A stretch of DNA of 64,000 nucleotides. It comes from a virus (lineage: Duplodnaviria; Caudoviricetes). The stretch lies in the IMG/VR virus record IMGVR_UViG_3300013103_000006, positions 10,927-74,926 of that record; one strand, written 5' to 3'. Below the pieces are notes generated by a model. The model searched no databases. It had not been told where the DNA came from and saw nothing but the letters and a program-made list of their open reading frames with translations. The translations under genes and the position numbers were made by a program. Positions 56,701 to 64,000 of this stretch are shown piece after piece. The number at the start of each line of letters is the position of its first letter. The stretch's first letter is position 1.

Positions 56701-56761
56701 AATGTTTCTTACCTTTAAGGCCGTAAGAAGCCCAATTACCCAGTGCTGTTATCTTTAGCAT
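53699..56761 (-). CDS. Multidomain protein: MBL-fold, ASCH/PUA-like, helical domain, ATP-dependent ligase with OB fold
   Basis: Ligase motifs CKWDGLR, LDAEF, FDVL, EGVMIK, WAKCK. N-terminal MBL-like (IWIDP, VSSPDEDH, IYLTN, DGDTL); ASCH-like GLYLVKPHAGLI..G.K. Confidence 0.85.
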   Translation of the reverse strand: MLKITALGNWASYGLKGKKHFSLLIERKNKRIWIDPAVKFDEPVDFILVSSPDEDHWLYLERYLKKFPKTPVYALESIASDLRLYLPDFKKNIRSVVRPLKLSGLPIKFMSIPEMVGKPASGFKLGSGKKAIVIIPEFQKLGKDEKELMQGTIWIIGVGEYEKPKSKDHKATFKELMEIADELKPKAIYLTNYRSSLLRHKRKVESELAKFNGRLLKDGDTLEFNLRELSIMKTDGLYLVKPHAGLIDIGAKSIVLKQRKFDITNKEFVLCDNEYAYGNIILSEPFTIDTDEKFLRFAPEHLVSKQEFEKWNWQLPIYAYRVKEYHPFREKKRLKLPVGIQTFVKDIEQYYITQKLHLDEFRSEGVDYDIKNPKEHWKELIADLRYLGNSGYPRLSAGKEWGDWTLTDVFRYFAKIVDALRSVYFPIIPPSKPKLYEEYYGKSAAKAKKSSFWKCYEKSKPYMKSKPPKNINEAREWDKKRKSIIKKSIAKYTLKQIYSGDAIKYNLSIFEKRLPYISILTKQCPLRHSQICDVSYELNPLWFDYSGLIHKDITNSVNGVASLEAIHNCFVDETSVIQSAYELKDVLIKLNHDTFEIEAIEKTSLKPGYYSKAKPYYRMYLNEIEDNIKAIGWDEKKLLVDCKWDGLRMTVGKINGQGFAFVDPENLKEKSPNVSKRIPAIIKEMEKSFPDNTILDAEFLALHPNKKEMLHRTDANSILNSNMSGKELEDYAIIAVFDVLFYDGLDIRDQPLHERLEYLSRLKETKHIWIERISTKFPAKADGFIINGSQASIIPKIAEYLRHAKSGRPKFCAEGVMIKCLDGIYEYPQNHSWAKCKFYSEIDLRVIDKKKVKGTKNVYNYYLGYDTPRDYAKAYLSMTTKDWYGKVYAFKNGKVIANGKDCLDYLDDKGVIFVTKMGKSDNAKEKVPVKIGDILRIAAEEVLKFDNDKFPEYPRYSFYIGRVLEPIPEKHVTDGINVIDKLSSFEPQRIPLEELRHIKESDVSIMKDEDGNYARIIRIR

Positions 56762-57098
56762 ATCTATAATCTGGCAGACTCTTAGGATTTACATTAACAT
56801 GAGTGATTTCACAATGAAAGTGTTCTTCATAGTGGTCTTTTGGCTTTCTAAGATAAACTCCCTGACCGAATAGTCTTCTAGCGTGATATAACATATAGCC
56901 CCATTCTGTTTTCGATAATGATGGAATATGTTCAGTAGCTACAGCAATTGGTTTCCCATTAAATGGAGAATCAATGATGATTAAAGTTCGAGAATCAAGA
57001 ATATCAAGAGGTGGGTAGTATAGCTTAGTGTTGAATTTTTTATTTTTAATCATTTCACAGAATGGGCAACCTTCCACGAATATTTTTTCATCCCTCAT
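56736..57098 (-). CDS. HIT-like protein (degenerate)
   Basis: N-terminal CPFC, central EH..L, C-terminal HFHCE. Confidence 0.4.
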   Translation of the reverse strand: MRDEKIFVEGCPFCEMIKNKKFNTKLYYPPLDILDSRTLIIIDSPFNGKPIAVATEHIPSLSKTEWGYMLYHARRLFGQGVYLRKPKDHYEEHFHCEITHVNVNPKSLPDYRYAKDNSTG

Positions 57099-57580
57099 CG
57101 AATTTTAGACTCCTGACAAGCTGGATTAGTCACGACAGCACAACCGAAAAATTCAGCTTCTGTCACTCTTATGGCTTTCTCTTTGTAATCCCATTCGTCA
57201 GTCGTTATAACTTCGGCAGATAGATGATTTATTAAGCCGTTATCGATTAAAGAAATTGTATCTCTTGCTACAAAAGTATAAGGAAAGATATACAAATCAG
57301 CTTTGACAGCATTATCCTCCCAGCGAGGGTTTTCAACATAACCAATTCGATGAACTACTGAAGTGGAGTGATCGATGTTCAGATATCGAGTAGACCAGTT
57401 AGAGGCGTATTTGGATAATATATCTTCTGGCCATATTACCCAATCATTTGTTGAGCTATCTGCATATTTGCCGGGAGTTAAAATAACTGCTCCTCTATAA
57501 ATTCGAGCGTTTGTCGATTTTGATATCTCTCGAGAAGCATACTTAAATTCAATGTTGAAAAAACGCTTACGCTTCGTCAT
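57095..57580 (-). CDS. Second prohead-protease-like protein (assemblin fold)
   Basis: LNIDH, HLSAE, AVVTNPA; immediately after portal. Confidence 0.7.
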   Translation of the reverse strand: MTKRKRFFNIEFKYASREISKSTNARIYRGAVILTPGKYADSSTNDWVIWPEDILSKYASNWSTRYLNIDHSTSVVHRIGYVENPRWEDNAVKADLYIFPYTFVARDTISLIDNGLINHLSAEVITTDEWDYKEKAIRVTEAEFFGCAVVTNPACQESKIR

Positions 57581-59831
57581 TTAGCTCCTCCTCATCGATT
57601 GGCTCAAACCCAAACATGCTTCGTATTTCATTAATAGTAAATGGGAATGGCTTATCTCTAAAGCCTCTTAGTAAATTACCTAGCCACTTAGCCTTCATTG
57701 CTTCATCCTCATCAGTTACCGAACGCCAGACGATATTCAATTTGGATGAATCAAGTCCTTCACCTTCAAGAAGAGGCTTGAATATCTCGTTGAGAAGGAA
57801 AGTCTTTAGTCTGAGCTGAAATGCTTTTATCATTCTCTCATATAGAAGAGCCTTAACGTAAGCTACAGCTTCTGTTGAATTACCAACAACTGATACTTTG
57901 CCATTGTGTCTGGTTAATATTAAGCCATTCGGAACTGTTACGCAATAAACCCATCCTGAATAATCTTCAAGAGCTAAAGTCGAAGGGTGATGTGAAGTAG
58001 TTTTAATACAAACCTCAGGTGTGAGATTATGCTCATTTCTCGTAACGACGTATTGTAAATGTCTCGTTGTGCCGACTCGTTCGCCATTAATTATGACTGG
58101 TTGATTTATTCTGTCTCTGGTATAGACTGTTGATCCATATCCCATCTTTAAAAGAATCTCTTGAACATCATCGGCGAGATGTTTTGATGATGTAAAAAAG
58201 TTTTTCCCACTACCATCACCAAACATTAAGGCATCATAAAGAACTTTAAGACGTTTGGGTGGTAAATTCTTTATCCAGTCTGGGATATACCTCTCGTATG
58301 ATTTACCAAATTGATGGAGATATACAGCTAGTTGCTTATCGAATATTCTAATAGAATCGTCATATCTCGAGTATTTGAATCCTAAGCGTTTAACTACTGA
58401 TTCTATTATGTCTAATCCATTCTGAGAACATTGTTTAATTTTTACTTCATATCCTTCCTTCGAATCAGCAACAGTACTACCTTCAGATAGGAAGTAACCA
58501 AAGAATTCCAACCAATCATCAATATCAAATCGTTTCTCAGAGTATTCCCCAACTTTTATCTTCGAATTATGCCATCTGTCGCCTACATATTTCTCTACTG
58601 CAGGAAGAACGAACTCTTCGAGGTCTTGACCCTCCCAGTTAAAACCACCAACCATAAGCTCGAATCGTGATGGTAATGAATCAGCAGTTACCACCTCGAA
58701 ATCCTTGTGATGTTGTCGTCGAATATACATCCTATGATCGCCAGTGCATTTTATATCGTATGTTTGACCTTTAAAATGATATATTGGTTCATTAATATAA
58801 TATCTCCAATTCTTTAGATTTTTCTGGAATTCAAGTTCATTCTTATCTGCATTATAGGTTAAAATTTCATCGCCCTCCGAAACTTCTGTTATCGGAACAA
58901 AGCCCTTACCTTTAACGAAAATTTCCATATCTGGTGTTAGGGGGCCTTTACCCAAACCTAATGCCTCTTCTGGGCACATCAAACCAGTTACTAGCTGAGA
59001 CTGGAAGTAATTGAAGTATTCCTCAACTCCCTTAATGCCTTTTTCATCTATTGTGTCTATTTTAACTGTCCATGGCACTATAATTTCTGTCTTTTCAGTT
59101 ATGTTCTTTAGTTCGGATTTAATTTTATCAATAACTTTCTCTGGAATGGGAGCATCAATTTTTTCGTTACCAACAGTAATAATGTATCTTGGCATGCCAT
59201 GACGAATAATAGCTGAAGCAATTGCAGTATCAGTTCGAACTTTACGTTTAAGAGTATCAATAGAAGGAGTAATTAGAGAAACGCCATAGGGAGTTGAAGG
59301 ATCAGGGAAGAATCTAAAATGAGCAATATATTTAGGTTCAATGATATCGCCTTTGCGTCCGTTAATAGTCTGTCTATACCCCGTGATTCTTCCGTACTTA
59401 TCCCAGATAATTTCCATAGTAATTGGATTAATCACCTTAAGATTAACCAGCTTTTTACCTGACTTGTTGAATATTTTCTCTATAAATGCATCTCCGAATA
59501 CAAGGCAAAATGTGACTGCATTTAATAGAATCTCATCAAGATTAGTTCTGTTCCGAAATTCCTCGACAACCATCTTGATTCTGTCATCATCTGTTAGAAT
59601 ATCATATCCGGCCATAACTGTATTCCACGCTGTATAATTAATAGAAGCAAATACAGTACCCTCACCTATATAATATTTCCAGAGATTCTCAAGTTGAGCA
59701 GAGTTTCTTTCTGTAGATGATGAGAATAAAGAAGCTAACTCACCATCATTAGAAGCTACTATAGTTCTTGGATTACCCTCATCATCGAGAAAATACGAAT
59801 TAGGTTTAAACAAACGTCTGAATAAACTCAT
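57567..59831 (-). CDS. Portal protein interrupted by an intein
   Basis: FGDAFIE, FRF...YGVS, LGLG.G|STEA...ERMI..FQ; follows terminase. Confidence 0.9.
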   Translation of the reverse strand: MSLFRRLFKPNSYFLDDEGNPRTIVASNDGELASLFSSSTERNSAQLENLWKYYIGEGTVFASINYTAWNTVMAGYDILTDDDRIKMVVEEFRNRTNLDEILLNAVTFCLVFGDAFIEKIFNKSGKKLVNLKVINPITMEIIWDKYGRITGYRQTINGRKGDIIEPKYIAHFRFFPDPSTPYGVSLITPSIDTLKRKVRTDTAIASAIIRHGMPRYIITVGNEKIDAPIPEKVIDKIKSELKNITEKTEIIVPWTVKIDTIDEKGIKGVEEYFNYFQSQLVTGLMCPEEALGLGKGPLTPDMEIFVKGKGFVPITEVSEGDEILTYNADKNELEFQKNLKNWRYYINEPIYHFKGQTYDIKCTGDHRMYIRRQHHKDFEVVTADSLPSRFELMVGGFNWEGQDLEEFVLPAVEKYVGDRWHNSKIKVGEYSEKRFDIDDWLEFFGYFLSEGSTVADSKEGYEVKIKQCSQNGLDIIESVVKRLGFKYSRYDDSIRIFDKQLAVYLHQFGKSYERYIPDWIKNLPPKRLKVLYDALMFGDGSGKNFFTSSKHLADDVQEILLKMGYGSTVYTRDRINQPVIINGERVGTTRHLQYVVTRNEHNLTPEVCIKTTSHHPSTLALEDYSGWVYCVTVPNGLILTRHNGKVSVVGNSTEAVAYVKALLYERMIKAFQLRLKTFLLNEIFKPLLEGEGLDSSKLNIVWRSVTDEDEAMKAKWLGNLLRGFRDKPFPFTINEIRSMFGFEPIDEEELNDEA
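57879..58943 (-). mobile_element. Intein (355 aa) with LAGLIDADG endonuclease and N-terminal Pro
   Basis: GKG|PLTPDME...CTGDH...VYCVTVPNG...VVGN|STE; FGYFLSEG and LMFGDG. Confidence 0.9.
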
Positions 59832-60070
59832 TCTATTCTCATTATAATATCAATTAACGATACATGACGGTCGTTAAATTCTTCTGAAGAAAGTTTAACC
59901 TCAACTTTTGCTTCAGGATTATATCGTCTAACAATCTCCTCGACATCCACAGCTTTCTTAATATGTCTGCCTCTTGCGGATATATGAATTTCGTTGCTCT
60001 TTTGAAGAGCCGTAAGACAGGCAGTAACGTACACTCCGATATTCTTATCGCCTATAAATATTCGCTCCAT
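59828..60070 (-). CDS. albA: Alba (Sso10b-family) nucleic-acid-binding protein
   Basis: IFIG.K....YV.A.L, I.ARGR.I.KAVDV.EI, VS.I.I. Confidence 0.85.
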   Translation of the reverse strand: MERIFIGDKNIGVYVTACLTALQKSNEIHISARGRHIKKAVDVEEIVRRYNPEAKVEVKLSSEEFNDRHVSLIDIIMRIE

Positions 60071-60080
60071 ATTTCACCTC

Positions 60081-61433
60081 CTAAATTTTTTGCACTTGGA
60101 AGGCTTTATTTAGATTTAGTATTGAGAACATCTCATCCCAATTATAAGATTTTTCTCGGGATGCTTGAATTGCAAAAGACAAGGCATCAACAGTATCATC
60201 ATGAGCGGCTCTAGGAAATAAAATCAATTCATCAACTAACTCAGGATATTTTTCCGAGAGATAAACTCGTCCTGTCTCGAATAGAACGGAGAGCTGCTCA
60301 ACACGAGATACTTTATCTTTCGATGTTTTAATCTCCACGATTGGTAGTGTAGTCTCTCTCTTCAATTCATCTGTAAATAGCTTTTGCATAGCATTTGATT
60401 CAACACCAATCCTAATCGGATTCCATTTGGCTGCAGATGCTTTAATCAAATCGAACTGCCTGAACAAAGTTGCTTTGGTTCTAACCATATCAACCACATA
60501 GATGTCGCCGGATTCAGATATTCCAATAGTAATAATAACAAAATAATCTCCACCCGCAGACATATCAACTCCTTGGAAGTATCGAAGATTTGGCGGGGTT
60601 TCATCGAAGTATTTAATCCAATCATATTTAATAAATGCATCATCACGAGCGACAATCTCATTTTGATATTGCATAGCAAATCGAGTATGACCTATGTGCT
60701 TTCTGATTTCACAAAGAGTTTCATATGAGAATCTCTCCGGCCAAAGAACCTCTTTCTTTTCATCGGATATAATAGCTTTATAGATTTTATGTTTGAATAG
60801 GTCTTTTTTCATTAACCAAGAATGCAAATCTCCCTCATGCCACCGAGTGCCTACATCGATGATTTTGCCATTTGGCAGTAGCATTGGAAAGAGAGTTGTA
60901 GAGAACCACTCTTCTAATTCCTTTCTCCTGTGTTCAGTTCTAGAGTTTTGGTAATCAACCACATCGTCAAGGATTATCAAATCATAATGGCCACTAATCA
61001 TTTTAGAATCAACTCCTAATGCCGTAAGAGTTGGCTCTTTATGGGCTAAACCAGTTACTCCCCATCGCTTAACCCTTATCTGAAAACGGGACCATTCGCC
61101 TGTTCCTTTTTGTTCACCAAATATTTCGATGAGCTTAGAGTTATTTTCTAAATGATGTTGAATAAATGACATCATCTCATTTGCTTTGTTCTGGTTTATT
61201 GTAACGATTAATATTCGAATATTGGGGTTCCTTACAATACGCCAAGTGATATATCCACCAATAATGGTCGTCTTACCATGACCTCTCGGAGCTAACAAAA
61301 CCAAGAAGTCATATTTCTCAAAGGCATCTAGCCATTCTTCATGAAATTCCTTAACTTCAACACCGATGATATCTTCAAGGAATGCCTTAACATCATTTGC
61401 ATAATAGAGTAATTGTTTGTATTCCTGAAGCAT
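60081..61433 (-). CDS. terL: Terminase large subunit
   Basis: APRGHGKT, IILDD, GTRWH..D, GVD, HDD.VDA. Confidence 0.95.
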   Translation of the reverse strand: MLQEYKQLLYYANDVKAFLEDIIGVEVKEFHEEWLDAFEKYDFLVLLAPRGHGKTTIIGGYITWRIVRNPNIRILIVTINQNKANEMMSFIQHHLENNSKLIEIFGEQKGTGEWSRFQIRVKRWGVTGLAHKEPTLTALGVDSKMISGHYDLIILDDVVDYQNSRTEHRRKELEEWFSTTLFPMLLPNGKIIDVGTRWHEGDLHSWLMKKDLFKHKIYKAIISDEKKEVLWPERFSYETLCEIRKHIGHTRFAMQYQNEIVARDDAFIKYDWIKYFDETPPNLRYFQGVDMSAGGDYFVIITIGISESGDIYVVDMVRTKATLFRQFDLIKASAAKWNPIRIGVESNAMQKLFTDELKRETTLPIVEIKTSKDKVSRVEQLSVLFETGRVYLSEKYPELVDELILFPRAAHDDTVDALSFAIQASREKSYNWDEMFSILNLNKAFQVQKI

Positions 61434-61496
61434 GTTAAATCAATGGAAAGAGATTACATCAATACATATTTACTATTTAGAGTGGTTCTAGATAGC

Positions 61497-61607
61497 TTAT
61501 ATGTTAAAGACTGGTGCGATGACTTTGAGGAATCCTACAACTGCAAGCAGTATAACTATAGCCTCACCGAATCTTGCTACCAATCCTTCCCAAGTTATTC
61601 CTTCCAT
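61497..61607 (-). CDS. 36-aa single-TM protein missed by the ORF track
   Basis: Translated by hand: MEGITWEGLVARFGEAIVILLAVVGFLKVIAPVFNI; GGGAGGT RBS. Confidence 0.6.
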   Translation of the reverse strand: MEGITWEGLVARFGEAIVILLAVVGFLKVIAPVFNI

Positions 61608-61691
61608 ACGACCTCCCTTTTACTTAAATATCTATTAATTCGAACAGATAACATCGTCTTCCTCACCACCTCCACCAACCGTCATGAAGCC

Positions 61692-61895
61692 TCAATCTCC
61701 TCTGTGTTTTAAATAATTTTGCACCGCAATGAGAATGGAGAGTAGAAGACCTGTCCAGAATGCATACTCAGGCGGGAATTCAGTCATTTGCAAAAAATCA
61801 ATTGTATAAGCTAATGCAGAGATGCCAAGAGTATAACCAAGTCCTATAAGAAACTTCTTTGCTGTTATCTTCCAATCATATCCATTCTCTGTCAT
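61692..61895 (-). CDS. Small 2-TM protein, holin-like
   Basis: Two TM segments, basic tail. Confidence 0.6.
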   Translation of the reverse strand: MTENGYDWKITAKKFLIGLGYTLGISALAYTIDFLQMTEFPPEYAFWTGLLLSILIAVQNYLKHRGD

Positions 61896-62458
61896 TATAA
61901 TTCCTCCTGAATTTGTTTTGCTACCTTAGCTCTACATTCAGGACATAGAATATTTGAGAAAGAGAGTAGCATATTTCTTACGTTTATTTCCTTCTTTACA
62001 TCTATTTGAATAATAGGTTTGAATTCTTTCTCTGCATACTGAATCAAAGAGACTAAAGAGCGTCTTATCATCTCAATATCATTTCGTTGCTCTCTAATAT
62101 ATTCAATTAAAGATTCGTAATCTTTATTTGCTTTCGCTTCATCTATTAATTCATCTAAGAGTTTATCACGCTCTTCCATTTTACTAATAAGAGCTCTCAT
62201 CTTTTTCCTGAATTCCTCATAGATTTCTTTGACAACAGCTTCCTCTCCTTTATCTTCAATCTTTTCTTGAATTTTTGCTCTCGCTTTAGCTTCAAAGTAT
62301 CTTGCTATAGACATTCGAGAGATATTCTTTAACTCCGGATATCTATTGCCATATTGATTTGAAATATAGCGAGCTATTTCAGCATCTGATTTCCCTTCAT
62401 CTTTCATTAATTCAACTATAGACTGAAGTCCGTATTTCACAATTTTATTCACGTTCAT
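61895..62458 (-). CDS. Putative terminase small subunit
   Basis: N-terminal HTH-like segment, coiled coil, C-terminal CPEC; upstream of terL; GAGGTGA RBS. Confidence 0.55.
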   Translation of the reverse strand: MNVNKIVKYGLQSIVELMKDEGKSDAEIARYISNQYGNRYPELKNISRMSIARYFEAKARAKIQEKIEDKGEEAVVKEIYEEFRKKMRALISKMEERDKLLDELIDEAKANKDYESLIEYIREQRNDIEMIRRSLVSLIQYAEKEFKPIIQIDVKKEINVRNMLLSFSNILCPECRAKVAKQIQEEL

Positions 62459-62477
62459 ATCATCACCTCAATGAAAA

Positions 62478-62559
62478 GGGAGAAGCCCACCACCCAGCCT
62501 TGACAGCTGGGCCCCGTCACTAGCTTTCGACGCACCCTGCTAATTTCACACCTCTCCCC
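62478..62559 (-). ncRNA. Candidate structured leader RNA of the late operon
   Basis: GC-rich island; 8-bp closing stem GGGAGAGG/CUUCUCCC, CCCAGC/GCUGGG hairpin, followed by UUUU. Confidence 0.5.
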
Positions 62560-62593
62560 ATATATATATATTGACAAAAAATTTTGTTCATCC

Positions 62594-62608
62594 TTTATAT
62601 ACTTTTCG
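62594..62608 (-). promoter_or_regulatory. Archaeal BRE-TATA promoter
   Basis: CGAAAAG TATATAAA on the minus strand. Confidence 0.7.
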
Positions 62609-63187
62609 GAAAGAGTCTATATCTGGGAAAGGCTTTAAATACTCAATTCCAAATGTAGATAAAAAGTTGTAAAATCATGCTAGCCTTTGTCATATGTCAT
62701 GAAAGCATTATGTCAAGAAGACAGAAACAATTTAATAAAGAAGTTTTCTCAGACTAGACAAAATCCTAGAATGTTTTATTAATAATTCTGACTGAATGTC
62801 TTAGATTAATTCAGTTATCCTGTTTCTACAGAGAAGAGGCATTTACGCTCTAGTATGGAATAACTCATTCCGTTCTAGTATGGTATTATAGCTAAGTCAA
62901 GCCAGAGATAAAAAAAATTTAAGATTTATTTATGTTTTCAAAAAAATAAAAGAATAGGGAAGAGGATTGCCCCGCTAACAGGATACTCTTTATTAAAGAG
63001 GATGTATTTATAAATAGTATGTCTAACTGTATTCATTGCCAACACCTAATAGAAGAAGTATGCTTTCATATACTCTTTCGCTATTTCGAAGAGATCATCG
63101 GTATTTAGAATAACTGTATGATCCCCCTGAGTAATTCTGATACTTCCAGTAGCGATATCTAGGTCTAATGAGGTGTTATTATTAATC

Positions 63188-63646
63188 CTAACTGTATTCA
63201 TCTATTGTTCCTCCTAACTTCTTTATCATTTCTTTAATAGCGTTGTATATCTCCGTTAACTCTTTTCCTGATACGCTAGATTTTGAAGATTTGGCTTTTC
63301 TAGAAGATTTTTGTTTTTGTTGCTTTTCTTTTTGAATCTTCTCCCTAGTCTTCCAAAGATCTTTTTGAATCCAACGATCACGATATTTTGTACAAAGAGT
63401 TTTAGATAACTCCTTGTACCCTAGTGATTCCGCAACATGAGATAGATGAGTTATGCGTTTCGCAAACCAGGATAATTGGTAATCATGGAATCGGTTTATT
63501 GTCCATGTTTGTAATCGTTTAGCTATCCCGAGGATAAGTTTTTGTCCATCAGTTTTTGATAACTTGTTTTCCCTGATCATTGTTGGGATATGTCGGTTAC
63601 CTCTAGCGTCCATATATTCATTAACTAACTTTTCTACATCTACCAT
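63188..63646 (-). CDS. Hypothetical basic protein
   Basis: GGGAGG RBS; Lys-rich tail. Confidence 0.65.
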   Translation of the reverse strand: MVDVEKLVNEYMDARGNRHIPTMIRENKLSKTDGQKLILGIAKRLQTWTINRFHDYQLSWFAKRITHLSHVAESLGYKELSKTLCTKYRDRWIQKDLWKTREKIQKEKQQKQKSSRKAKSSKSSVSGKELTEIYNAIKEMIKKLGGTIDEYS

Positions 63647-63673
63647 CCTTTTTTCCTCCCTAGATATCCTTGT

Positions 63674-63755
63674 TACCGGGCTTTTTCGGGCTTACGTCAC
63701 ACCGGATCCATAGGAATAAGCCCGGTACCGGGGAACCTCTCCGGATCCGGTATCC
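63674..63755. ncRNA. Candidate structured GC-rich element
   Basis: TACCGGGCTT...AAGCCCGGTA 10-bp inverted repeat, a second hairpin, and CCGG-rich palindromes. Confidence 0.4.
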
Positions 63756-63787
63756 ATCAACTACAATATAGTGTATATCATACATAG

Positions 63788-63802
63788 TATATAAACCTTT
63801 CG
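63788..63802 (-). promoter_or_regulatory. Archaeal BRE-TATA promoter
   Basis: CGAAAGG TTTATATA on the minus strand. Confidence 0.65.
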
Positions 63803-64000
63803 TTTTAGCTTGCACATTTTGTCGATGTGTCACTATGAGAATACATTCATTAATATAGAATTAGAGTTATCTATTTATGAATACTTCTATTTAAGTTTAA
63901 CGGTAGATTACTACTACTATATAAAGTTTACTACTCTTTAGAAGAGCCCTCTTTAGAAATGCGATTGCTCCTGTTAAACTGATTGACCTATTCAGAATAG

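Noticed and set aside
53699-56761. Calling the MBL domain an active Artemis/beta-CASP nuclease
   Set aside because: HxHxDH is reduced to SPDEDH, the last His is Asn, and no beta-CASP insert is evident.
61413-61712. 99-aa plus-strand ORF
   Set aside because: Opposite to the operon; the space is better explained by the minus-strand 36-aa TM ORF.
62478-62560. tRNA-Ser(UGA) on the + strand (CCAGC-CTTGACA-GCTGG arm, GGGAGA/TCTCCC stem)
   Set aside because: No D arm, no paired T arm, pyrimidine at position 37; kept only as a generic structured RNA candidate.
1-64000. CRISPR or mini-CRISPR array
   Set aside because: No regularly spaced direct repeats; 50115-50590 repeats are coding and 38340-38415 is a short T-rich tract.
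1-64000. Stop-codon recoding or alternative genetic code
   Set aside because: Genes are full length and tightly coupled under the standard code; the gaps I checked are filled by small ORFs, regulatory DNA or the chaperone frameshift.

Overview
The window is most of the genome of a tailed dsDNA virus (Caudoviricetes, HK97 fold, probably long non-contractile tail). An archaeal host is inferred from a PriS-PriL primase, RadA/RadB-like ATPase, short XPF nuclease, Alba, a TFB-like cyclin-fold fragment, GGAGGTGA ribosome-binding sites and BRE-TATA promoters. It is AT-rich and has two convergent arms that meet at about 26.87 kb. The + arm (1-26.9 kb) carries recombination, replication and nucleotide-metabolism genes (SSB-like, DHH, RadB-like, XPF, C5 methylase, exonuclease, primase, PolB, class II RNR, dUTPase) and many glycan-modifying enzymes (two GT-B, GT2, GT8-like, two methyltransferases, sulfotransferase, AlkP-fold enzymes). 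The - arm (63.6-26.9 kb) is morphogenesis: terminase, portal, two prohead proteases, scaffold, capsid, neck, two tail tubes, frameshifted chaperone, tape measure, hub and adhesins. Three LAGLIDADG inteins are present, one starting with Pro. The best candidates for new biology are: (1) a nucleic-acid end-healing/sealing set (ATP-dependent ligase, LigD-type 3'-phosphoesterase, Pol-beta nucleotidyltransferase fused to the protease, HIT-like, MBL/ASCH domains) inside the head operon; (2) a 57-bp inverted-repeat element found three times at operon starts; (3) two GC-rich structured leaders. All protein calls come from motif recognition by eye; no searches were run.
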